DNA of 64,000 nt from Squalus acanthias (GCA_030390025.1 CM059430.1:47306001-47370000), one strand, 5' to 3'. Counted from the first letter of the stretch, positions 27,548 through 40,084 are shown. A program made the numbers and translations. The notes: generated from the sequence alone by a model not told the origin.

Positions 27548-28312
27548 TTTTCCTACTGGTTTTGTTCCTTCCCAATTCCTCTTTTCCAGGGAAGGAGGTA
27601 CCTGGTAGATGTCCTGCGATGGATTCATGGATGGAGGTATTTGGTAGATGTCCTGGGCTGGATTCATGGATGGAGGTACCTGATAGATATCCTGTCCAGA
27701 CCCCATAGATGGGGGTACCTGATAGATATCCTGAGGCGGACTCTTCGATGGTACCTGGTAGATGTCCTGGGATTGGTTCATCGACGGAGGCACCTGGTAA
27801 ATCTCCTGGGTTGGGTTCACGGACTGGGTCAACTGGCATTGAGATGTTGTCTTCTGATACAAGGTCTGTTGTTGCTGTTTTGTTGGAGTAACTGGGTACT
27901 TGTTTGACTGGTTCTGTAATGCAGGAGGAACCTGATACAAACTCTGCTGTACTTTGTTGGAGGAGGGCATCATATAGACATTGTCTCCCTGGGGTAGGTA
28001 TGCAGGGTGCATAGCTGTATACTGTGAGGATTGGGATGGCATTTGGTATACATTCTGTTGCTGGTAAGGCTGTGGTGATTGCGGGGTCTGTTGTGCTTGG
28101 CTGGAATTTGGCTGTTTTTTCTCATACATTCCCACTAGGATCTTTAAGCGGTTGCCAGGCACGATACCTTGTCGTCCATGTAATGAGCAGAGCCACCATC
28201 CATCTAAACCTCCTGTGTTACGTTCCAAAACTGTCATGATATCCCCTTTGCGAAATGTGAGTTCATCTGGTGATTCAGCCACATTGTCGTACAAGGCTTT
28301 TGCCAGTACATT
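27548..28312 (-). CDS. BCAR1: BCAR1/p130Cas internal coding exon: SH3 domain, Gln/Pro-rich linker and YQxP part of the substrate domain (255 codons, phase 0-0)
   Basis: Translation NVLAKALYDNVAESPDELTFRKGDIMTVLE...GWWLCSLHGRQGIVPGNRLKILVGMY...WEGTKPVGK matches the p130Cas SH3 and the end of the equivalent human exon (WEGTKPPAK). Acceptor ttatttttatttgtttcag (AG at 28314-28313) and donor GTAAGT at 27547-27542. Confidence 0.96.
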
Positions 28313-29429
28313 CTGAAACAAATAAAAATAAGCATCTTAGGTGTAACTCAGTTTTCCAAATCTGTACATAAAGAACACATTGAATATGCCTGAATCTGAC
28401 ATTGCCATGAGCTATTTTGCACAAAATGTTCATTGCAGTAAAGACTTTTCTAGACCAGATTTCAAATCAAATACTTGCATGAAGAAACTTGCAAAATACT
28501 TGGTTTAATGTGTTAGCTCGTTAACTTCCAATGTGCCCAGAGTGGCGGATGATTGACTGTCAATATTTGTTGAGAAATCATGAGCACATTCTTTATAATC
28601 ACATTTATCATTTCACTGCAAATTGCGAACGGACAAAATCTTCTCCCAAAGTTTAATAAATCACACTCCCTGCTGTATTACTCACTAACATTTAAACAAT
28701 TCTATTTAGAGCTCCCCAAATGCTTAGCTAATTTATCAAAAAAACACACGTGGGTCACAAGTACACAATGGGACCGAATTAACAGGGAGATTTACCAAAG
28801 GGACCTGGGAGTAACAGTAAGATATTTCACTTTCAGTGTCCAGAACAATAAAAATACATACACACTGGACTAAAGCTTTTCAATGTACTCAGACCACATT
28901 ATGCTACTGTGTTCAGTCTGGGACACCATGTCACAAAAGATATATGCACATGCATTGGAAAGGATACAGAGATGAACAATAAGACTGATCCCAAGTGTAA
29001 AAGTGAGGATTACAAAAGCTCAAGCTGTTTCAAAAGGAGGCAGTGAAGGGGTATATAAAATATTGAATGGCATGGAAAAGATAACAACAACTTGTATTTA
29101 TATAGTGTCTTTAACGTAGAAAGAACGTTCAAAAGAGTCAGGAAAGTCGGATCAGAGGGCATAAATGGAAATTAGAGAGAAGTATTTTTTTTTTTTAAAA
29201 ACAGCAGGAAGAGCAAAGGGAGTTAAATGTTTGAAATAATCCCCCAGGGTGGCAGTAGAGGTCAAAAACATTGGGTTCTTCAAAATAAAGTTGGACACCG
29301 TGCTGGGAGAGTTAAGGTACGAGAAGAAAGAGTTAAAAGGCCAATGCCGTTTTCTCAACACTTTTTTTTTTATTTATGTGAAGAAGTGCCACACAATCCC
29401 AAGGTGCTCCATTCCAGAGAGAGAGGATA

Positions 29430-29790
29430 CAGGAAACTCTCTTTTAACCGGCACCCAAATAACCGTAAATCTCTCTTAACCGGCAAAATTCTTGAGTAGG
29501 TAACTGGGGTTTTCCTTCATCTCTCCTTTAAAAATAACTTTTAAAAAAACCGAGGCGTTTGCCTTGTATCGGAGCGTGTAGATTGGGAGGGGAATGTGCA
29601 GCCCGGGTAGGCAGCGGACACGACAGATGGTCAGCTGGCGGTCCCCGGGGAGACGGAGCTCCGAATGCAGGCGCATGTCAGTGTGTACGGGGCTCTCGTA
29701 CGTTGGGAGATATAACTCTCCGTTATCCGGACTTTTTGATTAACCGGCACCACACCGGTCCAGTCGGTGCCGGTTAATAAAGAGTTTCCT
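29430..29790. mobile_element. Tc1/mariner-superfamily (pogo/Tigger-like) MITE
   Basis: TIRs CAGGAAACTCTCTTTTAACCGGCAC / GTGCCGGTTAATAAGAGTTTCCTA, TA on both flanks, internal TTAACCGGCA repeats. Confidence 0.8.
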
Positions 29791-30674
29791 ATATTCAGGA
29801 TTATCTATCTTGGCTTGCTTCAATCATACTATCAGTGTCTTGGTTTTGGGATACCAGTGATGACCACTTTGGAGAGACTTTCGTACATCTGGCCTCCCTG
29901 ATCTGGGGAGGGTGTGTTAGGAGGGACCTGCCTGGAGAGAAAAACAAACAGAGCACCCAACTATCATGTTGCTTCCTGTAGCAAACATTCATCTTCTGCC
30001 TTCAGAGAAAGCCAGCTGTCAATGTCTGATGATAAAATTCATGAAATACAGCACACAGCAGAAATGTACAGATGACAGCAGAACTCGCTGTGATTTATCA
30101 CATTATCTCATAACTTTCCTAATTTCCTTTATCTATTAATACAACAAGGTTTCCTTTGAACACTAATCAATCTCAGTTTTGTCACAGCTCTTCTCCCTTT
30201 ATTGACCATCCATCTTCTAATTCAGTGGATACCGATTGGCAGGAAATGTTCAGGTCTAGTAGTAGGGCAACCTAATGTCCTTCCTTCAAAATTAGCCCTT
30301 TAGCCCTAAAGGTCCAATGATAAATTGGATTTTCCACATACCTGAATGCTTCTATAACATATTTTTAAATTTGAGGAAATATTACCTGTTGCCCTATGGA
30401 ACGAGCAGACCTAGCGATAAGAACTTGGGCCTTCTTACAAAGGCCATACTCCCGAAGAACTATTTTCAACCCTCTGTTTGTGCACACGCACTTATCACGT
30501 TCCATTAAATCAGTGGGGCGTTTGAATGCAATAGCCCTGTAGGAATTTTTCAGCACCAATGATCAGAGATACTCTATATATAGTTGCTTTTTGGAGAGTT
30601 GTTCACACAACTGAGCTATGTAAATACACCGCACAAGTGGATGAAGAACAAAATACATGTAGATCAAACATGGT

Positions 30675-30822
30675 AGGGCAGATTTTCCTTCTCATTGTGC
30701 CTGGGGAACATGGAAGGTCTGCACTGGGGGGGCACCCAGACTCTACACAGCCTGGACCAGGAAATGTCAACGTTCTGATCCGGGGCGGGTGCAGCACACC
30801 TCCAGAGGGGAAAATCAGCCCT
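30675..30822. mobile_element. Unclassified MITE
   Basis: TIR AGGGCAGATTTTCC vs AGGGCTGATTTTCC (13/14). Confidence 0.65.
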
Positions 30823-30994
30823 CATGCATTCTATTCATAACAGCTGTGTTGTCCGATAATTATTGAAAGAAATGTTAAAATTGAATATTTAAAAGTTATT
30901 TACCAGGTCACTGGCTTCAATGGGTCAAGTTGGGCGGTGAGGCCGGGGAAGAGGAGTGTGCGAGGCATACTATCAGTATAAACTAGTCCCCACT

Positions 30995-31024
30995 GGGGGA
31001 GGGGGGGGGGGGGGGGGGGGGGGG
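30995..31024 (+). repeat. Poly-G tract (G5-A-G24); another G19 at 23244-23262
   Basis: Directly visible. Confidence 0.9.
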
Positions 31025-31954
31025 AAGAGTCATGCTGTGCAATATTAGTAACAAAAGCATTAACAGTCATATCAAATTCTTCGGTCTACTAATTTAAGAA
31101 AGCGTTGAGTTACTATCTTGGTTAAAATAGCAGATTAATGAATTTCAAACAGTTAACACATTTGGTACTATATGACAGCACAAGTCCAACATGAAAATAT
31201 TACTGTGCCTGGCAAGGAGGTATGCATAGTTTTATCACAGATCTATCAGTAATCAACAGGTTAATGCACAAGACTATACCATACCAATTTCTAAATTTCT
31301 GGCCCTGACACAAAAATTCCCCGTTGAAAGGAATAGTTTCAGTGAAAATTGTCTTGCGTCAAGGAGTAAGGGTTCTATTTACACCAATAACTCTCGGACA
31401 ATGGAAGGCTGGCAATGAGCAGCAGGCAATCATTCAAATGAGGTCATAAACCAGGAGGACAAAGTGGGAGCAGTATTCCAGGAGTGAATTAGTGCCATGG
31501 AACTCGCCTCAAATATTTGTTAGTCTGTCTATACTATGGTGCGTGCTCGGACAAAAAAGAACCTTTGTTTCTGACATCTCTTCCTGTGAATATTCAGAGA
31601 GCAGCCGAGGTGGATCTGCTGGTAATATAGGTCACTGCGATGTAGGGTCTAGTACTACTGTAATAAGAGGGTTTTCATCTCCTCAGACCTAGGTTACCAG
31701 GAAATAAAGGATCGCCCTAATCAAATAAAAAGGGTATTACAGAAAACTGAATGATAATGCTTATATTTGCATCATGCTCATCATGATAAAACTTCCCGAA
31801 GTGCTTCACACAAATAATTACTTTTGAAGCGCAGTGCCTTGGGATATTTTTCTACATTGAAAAGATACTACATTAATGCAAGTTACTGTTGTTGTTGTTG
31901 TTGAGGCGGCAGCCATTTGGGATGTCCTGAGGTCGTGAAAGGCGCTTTATAAAT

Positions 31955-32278
31955 GCAAACAGCAATGAGATGAATGACCTGTTAATCTCTCTCTTCTTGG
32001 TGGTACTGAATGCAGGACCCACCTTGGCAACGACACCAGGGAAACTTCCTACTTTTCTTCCAATAGTGTCATGGGATGCTCATCATCGACCCACTTATCA
32101 ACCCAAGCCACCAGAACAGGTAGAGGGGTCCTTGGTTTAATGTCTCATCCAAAGGATGGCCCCTTGGACAATGCAGCACTATAACATATGCAGCATTAGC
32201 CTAGATTATGGTAATGGGCTCAAATTCATATTCTTTTGCTCCAGAGGTAAGAGTGTTAACAACTGAACCTAGCTGACA
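31955..32278 (-). mobile_element. Diverged Deu-domain SINE
   Basis: Reverse match AAACAGCAATGAGATGAATGACC...CTGAACCTAGCTGACA. Further tail fragments lie at 31750-31960. Confidence 0.6.
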
Positions 32279-32623
32279 ATGACCGGTGGTCTTCTAATGC
32301 AGAGTGTGCTAGGGCGGTGTGATTTGGTATCAAGCCATACAGATTAAGAAAGTCCCTGCTCTGTGTGAAGTGGATCTGCACTGAAGGCACTACAATTGAC
32401 CCAGGCTCAGGAGGGACGAATAAAATCAATCAGGAATCCCACTCCTCATCTACATCCAGTGACCTCTACTAATAACGTGCACAAGTGAACCTCAGTTGAG
32501 GACAGGATTGTAAATCCAGCTGCGATGCTTTACACAGTAAAATAACCTGATCACACATCTTGGGCAATGTACTGTTAAGGGTGCAGATGCATGTGGAACT
32601 ATAAGCCATTATGAGTCAGCACA

Positions 32624-32742
32624 AATAACAACAGAAAACGCTGGAAAAACTCAGCAGGCCAGGCAGCATCCGTAGAGAGAGAAAGAGAGTTGACGTTTCA
32701 GGTCGATGACCTTTCATCAGAACTGGGAAGAGCTGGAAATCA
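32624..32742 (-). mobile_element. Short Penelope-like hammerhead element, copy B
   Basis: Nearly identical to copy A in reverse orientation. 13-bp TSD ATGAGTCAGCACA at 32611-32623 and 32743-32755. Confidence 0.8.
32688..32724 (-). ncRNA. Minimal type I hammerhead ribozyme motif (GUC cleavage triplet)
   Basis: Minus strand AGUU-CUGAUGA-A-AGGUC(AUC)GACCU-GAAAC-GUC^AACU: complete core, 5-bp stem II, 4-bp stem I, palindromic ACGU stem III. Confidence 0.75.
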
Positions 32743-33714
32743 ATGAGTCAGCACACCTTTGGGACAAGAGTAAAATTGGGGGAAAAAACTGATTGATGTG
32801 CTCCCTAAGCGGTTCTGCATTCCAGAAAAGAAAGGATTAACTGTTGAAGGCGTGGGGTATTAAGGCCTGTACAAGTCTAGGACTTCAAAAATACTTCAGT
32901 CTCTGAAATATACCTCAGCTTCCAATCAGATCTTTCACTTTGTGCAATAGTTTTCCATCCAGATGGAATCGGTGCTTTTCTATACATGGGTTCAAGTCTG
33001 GCTTTGTCCTGAACAAAAGCAAAGTGACTTCCTGCCATAATTATTTGCTACTTGGTCCACCCACACGGGTGGTGGAGAGGCTGAGTAAACCATTGACCAA
33101 CAAAACTCCCATTGCCACGCCCGCTGGATTTGGCAGTATGCGACTTTTAACCCTCCCCAGAAACAGGAAGTGCTTATTACATGACTCATGGGTATTTCAG
33201 CTTCAAGCATCCGGCAACCCACTGCATAATTGCCCAATGTTGGCACCAGCTTAAAAACTGGGAACACAGAGATAGAAAATCCTTTCTTTAGGAATTTTTT
33301 CCAATATGTATTTTGCCATATTTTAGATTCAACCTATTTTCTAGTTAGTGAGAAAATGTTTCATCTTTTCCGCTCAGTAAGTTTATCTGACCCACAGCTA
33401 AGCTTCCAGCAGCATGTCTTCCTCCATCACAATGTCCATTCACTTCCTCCTCCAACATCACCCACCTCTACCCCTACCTCAGTCCATCTGCTGCTGAAAC
33501 CCTCATCCCATGTCACTGTTCACATCCAGACTTGACTATATCAATGTCCAAGTTCAAGTGATTTTTAACAAGCTTAAAAGACAAGCAGAATTCAGTCACT
33601 TTCAAAGAGTTTCAGTTATGGGTCTTTCACACATAAAAATACTTGCATAACAGTAGAGTTCCCTCAATATAACTCAAGATACAAGCCTTTGCACTACATC
33701 CATGATTCAAGTCA

Positions 33715-33955
33715 AGACATGGCACTATTTGAAGATCATCAAGGGAATTCTCCTAGTTTCCTGACCAACATTTATCCCCCAACCACCATCACCAGAACAA
33801 ATTATCTGGTCATTTACCTAATTGTTATTTGTGGGACCTTGCTTACACAAATTAGCTGTTGCATTTCCCTACATTACAAGTGAGTATTTCATTGGCTATG
33901 AAGCGCTTTGGGACATCCTAGGATGTGAAAGGCGCTACATAAATGCAAGTGTTTT
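33715..33955 (+). mobile_element. Deu-domain SINE 3' half
   Basis: CATGGCACTATTTGAAG...GGCGCTACATAAATGCAAGT. Confidence 0.75.
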
Positions 33956-34699
33956 TATTTAATTATTTCCATGTATTTGACGCTTTATTCTCATCAGGTT
34001 CAATAACAACCTTAATAGGGGTTTTTTTTTCCCCCAAGATACCACATTAGCAAATCATATTTAATGCAGATGATTCTTGGGAAACATTCAGTTTTCAAAG
34101 GTTTAGTTACTATGGTGAGTCCACATACACTTTGCAAACGCAGTGTGAATTTTGCTGCAGTTATTATATCTGACCTAATGATGATGTCACAGACTTTGCT
34201 TCATAGCTGCACTGAGGCTTGGGTGATTTTCCACATCATCCGCATACCGACAGCATGTTGAAAGGAGTTGCGCCATTTTTCCAGGAAGGTTTCCAGACAG
34301 GCGCAGGCCTGGATTTGCCAGAGACGGCTTACACCATCCGGTAAGCTGCCATGACAACAGCACAGTAAACATCAGCAGCTCTGGCTTTTCCCAAGCACTG
34401 GGGGTGGGTGGGGGAAAGAGAGGGGGAGGAGGGCATTTCCTGCATTTTGTAAATTGCAAGATAAAAGTACAAATTGAAAAGGATTCTGTTCCCTGATGGC
34501 TCAGCAGGTTAAGGACAGCACCCGGTCCAGTACTGAGCCAGTCCGATCACTAAGAGTGTAGGTTTGATCACTGGTTTGCACTGAGTTAGCCGATCCTTTG
34601 AGAGAGGGCAGCAGTGATACTACACTTTGCCTCCTTTGGATGTTTCCAACTCCAATTCACTCTCAGTTGACCCCTGCTAGAAACTGGAGGGGGGGCGGT

Positions 34700-35106
34700 G
34701 GGAGAGGATTTTCCTCTAGGTGTGCGGGCGGGGCGCCCAGCAGTGCACACAAGACGTGCCTGAAAGGAGATAGCTGCCGGTGTTCTCCTTCCTCCAGGCT
34801 ATTTCCATAACCCAGGGATACCCCAGGCACAGGCTCACCCCACGACCCCCTAAACACCGGGGAGCAAATCGGAGCACAGAATGAGGTGGGAGGCTGGGAA
34901 CACCCCCTCCCGCCTCAGTTCAAGAGGCACGGTGAGTCTGTGCGTACCACAGGCACAGGGCACTTGCGCAGGTTGCAGACGCCCCAGGAAATCCTGGGAC
35001 AGTGCTGGGCAGAGACTGAATGCCACAGTTCTCAGCCGGTTTTGTTGGTTCCCTGCGGCTGGGGAATGCAGACGATTCAGGCACAGTAAAGAGGAAAATC
35101 TACCCT
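34700..35106. mobile_element. Unclassified MITE-like element
   Basis: GATTTTCCTCT at 34707 and AGAGGAAAATCTACCCT at the right end, with a GC-rich interior. Confidence 0.5.
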
Positions 35107-35439
35107 TGTGTGTCTGTAGACATCAGGCAAGGACATGACTGGGCTCAGTAGCAGGAGCCCCATGGTCCAGTTACCAGTGGGCACTCAACTTCTAGGCTCA
35201 CGTGCAGAGGAGAGGAAAAATTAGATAAAATACATTCGATTTCGTTTGGTAGATTAGAAGTGCTAACAAAAAAAAAACCTTCTTTCTCACCCCCCACATG
35301 TACACGCACGCACACACACGCGCATTTACACACCTGCACACCCCAACAAAGTAATAACATTACAGAAGCGGGATTAGGACAATCCAGGTTGGACCCAGCC
35401 AACCTCTTCAAAAAATAAAATCTTAAACCCATGTTCACA

Positions 35440-37340
35440 TTCTTCTCCAACACCCAGGTTAGGATGAAGTGTAGTTTCCTCCAGCTGAATGTTGGGAAGA
35501 TTGAAACCATCATTTTCAACCCTCAGCACAAACTCCGTACCCACAAACACCACCCCAGCTACCGTCATGGGCGGAACCAAACTGTTTGCAGCCTTGGAGA
35601 CCTATTCGACCCCCCCGAGCTGATTTTCCGACCCCATATTTTCTTCATCACAAAGACCGTCTTCTTCCACCTGCATAACATCACCTACCACCGCCCCTAC
35701 CCGAGCTCATCTACTGAAACCCTCATCCATGCTGCTGTAGCTTCTTCTCATTTCTACAGGCTCCCAGTAGCCGTCCTTCATGATCATGTGTGCGTCTGAC
35801 AGTGAGCGTTGGTCGGCTATTTGATTGCAAAGGCATCACAACTTGATCCTGGCCTCACCTGGCCTCCACAGATTGTTTGCTAGTGGTAAACAATCAGTAG
35901 CAGGAAGCGCGGCTGGGTTTTCGGTCTCCTCCCCTGCCCAGGGATGCCATTGTGCCATTCCTACTGCGGGCACGACGGAGGTCAGCTTAGCACTGCGCAA
36001 ACCGAAGGGTGAAACCAAATATCTTCCAACCAGCAACAGAGTTAGAGTATGGTTGGGGGTGGGGGGCCGGGGAGATAAATAGTGTCTAGCTGACAGGACT
36101 GCCAAAGGGGAGGTTGGCATATTTAGTGTGACAGGCTGGCCCCCTCCCAACCAATCTGCAGCACTGAGCATCAACTAATTCATGTGCCATGGCCTTACTC
36201 CAGCTCAGTTTAAACACTCTGCCCTTATGTCACTTACCACTAATACTAATACAGGCCTGAAATCTCAGTAAAATGAAGAGGTGAACACAGTTAATGGTGT
36301 TGTTGCGGGAGACATCTCATCATTGTTGAACTATTGCATTAGGATCATCAATAGCTAATTTGACTTGGTTACCCTGCAGCATGTTTCCCAGGGTTGTTAT
36401 TGTAATACTAGCAGTGTTTACCCTACCATAACATTTTCTTCTCTTTTTTTTTTTCCATTCAACTGATCGGAATGTCTGGACACTGTAATTGTATAGTCTG
36501 TCCTAACTCGCTTTCCCAAACTTCTGCCGAGCTTTGCCATAAGTGTCAGCAGGAGCCACTGATGAAATGAGATCATATTCTTCTCGGGTCACTGGCATTC
36601 TGCTAAAGGATTTACACAGAAAGAATACACACACTTTCTCTCTTTCCAGTTCCGCAGTTTTCGTAGGACGAAGCTCCACACAACAATAATGCCAGCTGCT
36701 TGCACTACCTTTGTACAGTTAAGTAAATAAAGACTCTGTCAGCTCTCCTGAAGCTTGAGTGGGTAAAAGCAACGTATAATGTGGCACTGAGCCAAAAACC
36801 AAGCAGGAAGATATCAAATTTCAACCTTTGGTCTGTGCAATGTTAAGTTGATCACAGTCGTGCCAGCAGTAGAGATGGCACAATCAGCTTGGCATCCCTG
36901 GGCGGGGGAGGGAAGGAGACAGAAAACCTAGCCGAGCTTCCTGCTACTGATTGTTTGCCAGTAACAATCTGTGTGTAGTCAGGATCAGGAAAAGTTGTGT
37001 TATCCTCACAGTCCAATAGCCCACCAACACTCGCTACCCAACTCACACATGAAAAATGGCGACTGGGAGCCTGTGGAAATAAGCAGCAGCAGCAGCATGG
37101 AGGAGGGTTTCAGCAGATGAGCTGAAGTAGGGGCAGAGATGGCCGATGTCACACAGGTGGAAGTAGGCGGTCTTTCTGAGAGTCCGGTTCAGCTCAAGAT
37201 AGTGGCTGCTGGGGGGGATGAAACCGGTGGAGAGGGTGCAGAGTTTGTGCTGTGGGTTGAAAATATGGTTTTTATCTTCCCAACATTTAGCTGGAAGAAA
37301 TGTCATTTCATCCAAAACTGGGTGTTCGAGAAACAGTCTG
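35440..37340. repeat. Diverged inverted duplication (arms ~35440-36030 and ~36800-37340) of an L2 fragment joined to a SINE piece
   Basis: Both arms share IFNPQHKL, SS.ETL.HAA, RLPVA and GKQSVAGS in translation, on opposite strands. Confidence 0.75.
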
Positions 37341-39351
37341 ATAACAGAGGCAGTGAAGGGTTCAAAAGAGGCTGTACTCTAGTGTGAGTTACTGGTTTCC
37401 AGTTGGGATGGGAGGACTAAGGAGAAGAAAACTGGTGCGCAGGACAGGGAGAGAACTCAACAAGTTCAGAATCTGATCCAAATCATCTGAAGTAAACATG
37501 CTTTCCTGCACTTCCACTGTCCCCTCTCCAGACTGAAGTTGTGCACAGGATAGAGTTGAATGGCCACACAGGACGTACCCACTGCTTTGCCTTCCAGCAG
37601 GAAAGGCTAGAAGAATTGTATTAAACTATTTACACCAGTCAGATGCAAATGCCATTGATTCAAAGCTGGCCTAAAACCAACATTCAGGAGGTGAGAATGG
37701 TTTAATATGAAACATGAGCAGAGTATAACTGTAACTCTGACCATTTACACCAGCAACTGCATTCCTTTCAGCAAGTAAACCAACTCTGCCCTGAATTCAT
37801 GACTGACATTGAAAGCAAGACAGACTCTCAACAAATGGTCAGGCAGTCCAAAATGTCCACACACTGCCCCATATGGAGTAGAATGGATAGGGATTCTGCA
37901 AGCTTGCTCTGTCTGTAAAAATAAAATGATCCCAAACAATCCCAATCTCGGAAAATAAACCAAAACCCACTAACTCAACATGCTGACATATTTACTTAGT
38001 CATTCTGTGCTGGACTGTCAAAGCAGACGGAGAGAGACCGTGATGCTGGAGTTTGGGAGGGTGCGTGCTTTTTAAAAAAAACATTAGAACAAATTCCTGA
38101 CTTTCCTCCATCAGGATTAACCCCCACCGCAAAAGTTTTCCTCCTCACCCCCTCCTTCACCTTTTCATCTTCCCACCCTGACTTTCGTGTCATAAATGTT
38201 GACAAGTATATGCATCATAATATGGGTGCTGATGCTTTCACAAAGTGAGTCAGACTGCTGAGCTATAGCATATTCCTGTGCACAAAATAACAGACAGGGT
38301 TTTAAAGCAAAGCCAAACAAGTTTTTTTCTGGCTCTGAGTCAGGCTGAACCATAACTAAAAGGCTCTATACAAGACGACGCTTGTCTGGTTTTGTACTGT
38401 CCATCTCCAAGGAATCTCACAAACAGATAAGGAACTAAAGCATTAGGTGCAGCTGAACTCCAGGTGCTTTTAATTTAGATACTTCTACAGTTCAGGTTGC
38501 AGGAGACTAACATCCATGGCCTGGCTTCCCACATTTACATCACTAAACCAGTTTCCTTACGCCAATGGCAGAATCGCAGGCCCCCCCAAAAAAGTGTCTG
38601 TTTTAGCAAAGCAAACATGGGCAGCCGGTGCACAGATGTCGGCCTCTCATAACCCAAACTTCAGAAGCACCAAATGGAAAAGGATCTTTACATTTCAAAA
38701 CTTGAGTGGAGTTGGCGACCACCACTGGTCAACTTTCTTCAAAAATAAATTCTCATTAACAGTAATATCTTTACTTACTGTAAACTGCTGACTTGAGGAG
38801 TAAAGGTGGCTGCTTTAATACTAGTATTAATGGGGTGTTTGCGTTGCCAGTTCCCAAAGTGTAGACCTCGCCAGTGGACAACCCAATGTAAACCTGGCAG
38901 ATTTGCTAAAGCAGGCGCCTAAAAAAAGCCAGTAGAAAATGGGTCTTCTTCACTGCTGGCTTTAGTACTCCAACAGATGTACACTGGGATGGCTGGTGGC
39001 TGGTTGAGGCCCGCTCTTTTGAGAAGCAATGCACAAACATCTCATTAACACCGGTAGAAAAAGTGGAATAATGTAAAGATGCTCTCGTGAAGGATGCTCC
39101 AACAAGTGACTCAAACAAGGTATATAGCGGAGATCTCAGAAACACTAACTCCAGAATACAACAAGAGTTGAACTTTCATAGACTGTACTAGCACATTGCC
39201 TTATGGCCTGTCCATGTAACCTAGAGGTACAAAGCATTGTTTCAAGCCACAGGATAATCCTAGCGAGTTTCTTTGTTTCATGCACCAGAATTTTGTTGGG
39301 GGCCCCGCATGAAAAACAGAAGACCAAATCCACCATGAACAGAAAAATATA

Positions 39352-40084
39352 GGCCCAAAAATTAGACCTAATACGGGAGATTACGCACTGTGTACTCTCG
39401 CGTATTAGGTCCCGAAGTGCCGGTTTCCTGCATGCACGGGAAACCGGCACTTCGGGTATTGCGAAGGGGGCGGTTCCTAAGTGAACCGCGTGCGCGCTAC
39501 AGGTTGTGCGCACGCAGCGCACTTAGGTTTTTTTTCAGGTTTGAACGCGCAGGTAAGTGTTGAAGATTTTACACGTAAAGAAAGCAGGCGTAAGACCCCC
39601 TTTTAACAAGGTAAGTAGTTAATTAATTATTTTAAAATTTTTTCAACAGGTTTATCTTTTTTTAGAGACTTTAAAGAAAGGTAAGTTTATTTTTATAACT
39701 TTTAAAAAGAATTTAAATTTTTGTTTAAAGTGGTTAATTTATTTAACTATAGTTATTTTATTAATGTGATGGTTTTTTTTAAATTTAATTGAGGTTTAGC
39801 TGTTCTTTTGGGGGCAAGTTGTATTCATAGCTTTGACAGCTCTTGCTGTCAAAACTATGAATGAAAGATGGTGTGCTGCCATTGGCTCTAACTGGCCCAC
39901 GTGATCCCAGAGGTAGCATCGAACTAACTGCGCCTCTGGGACATGCACACACTGCGCGCCGGCACCAGGGAGAGGCCCAGGAACTGAAGTTCGTGTGGGC
40001 CAAAACCATAAAGGTAGGCGCGGAGTGCGATATCGCGGGGGATCCTTACCCCCGCGGCAACCATCGAACTCCAATTTCTGGGCC
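39352..40084. mobile_element. Unclassified TIR element with internal hairpins
   Basis: TIR GGCCCAAAAATTAG vs GGCCCAGAAATTGG (12/14). CpG-rich ends and an AT-rich middle. Confidence 0.7.

Larger units (their letters stand above)
32290..32785 (+). mobile_element. Second SINE-like family copy hosting hammerhead element B
   Basis: AGCCATACAGA..GAAAGTCCC, ATCCAGTGACC, GAGGACAGGAT and GTGGAACT..GAGTCAGC motifs. Confidence 0.6.

Noticed and set aside
27497-28321. 274-aa ORF as a complete single-exon gene, or as NEDD9/EFS/CASS4
   Set aside because: The MFQ start and VSELHK... end are intronic read-through past consensus splice sites. The SH3 sequence and WEGTKP end match BCAR1 rather than its paralogues.
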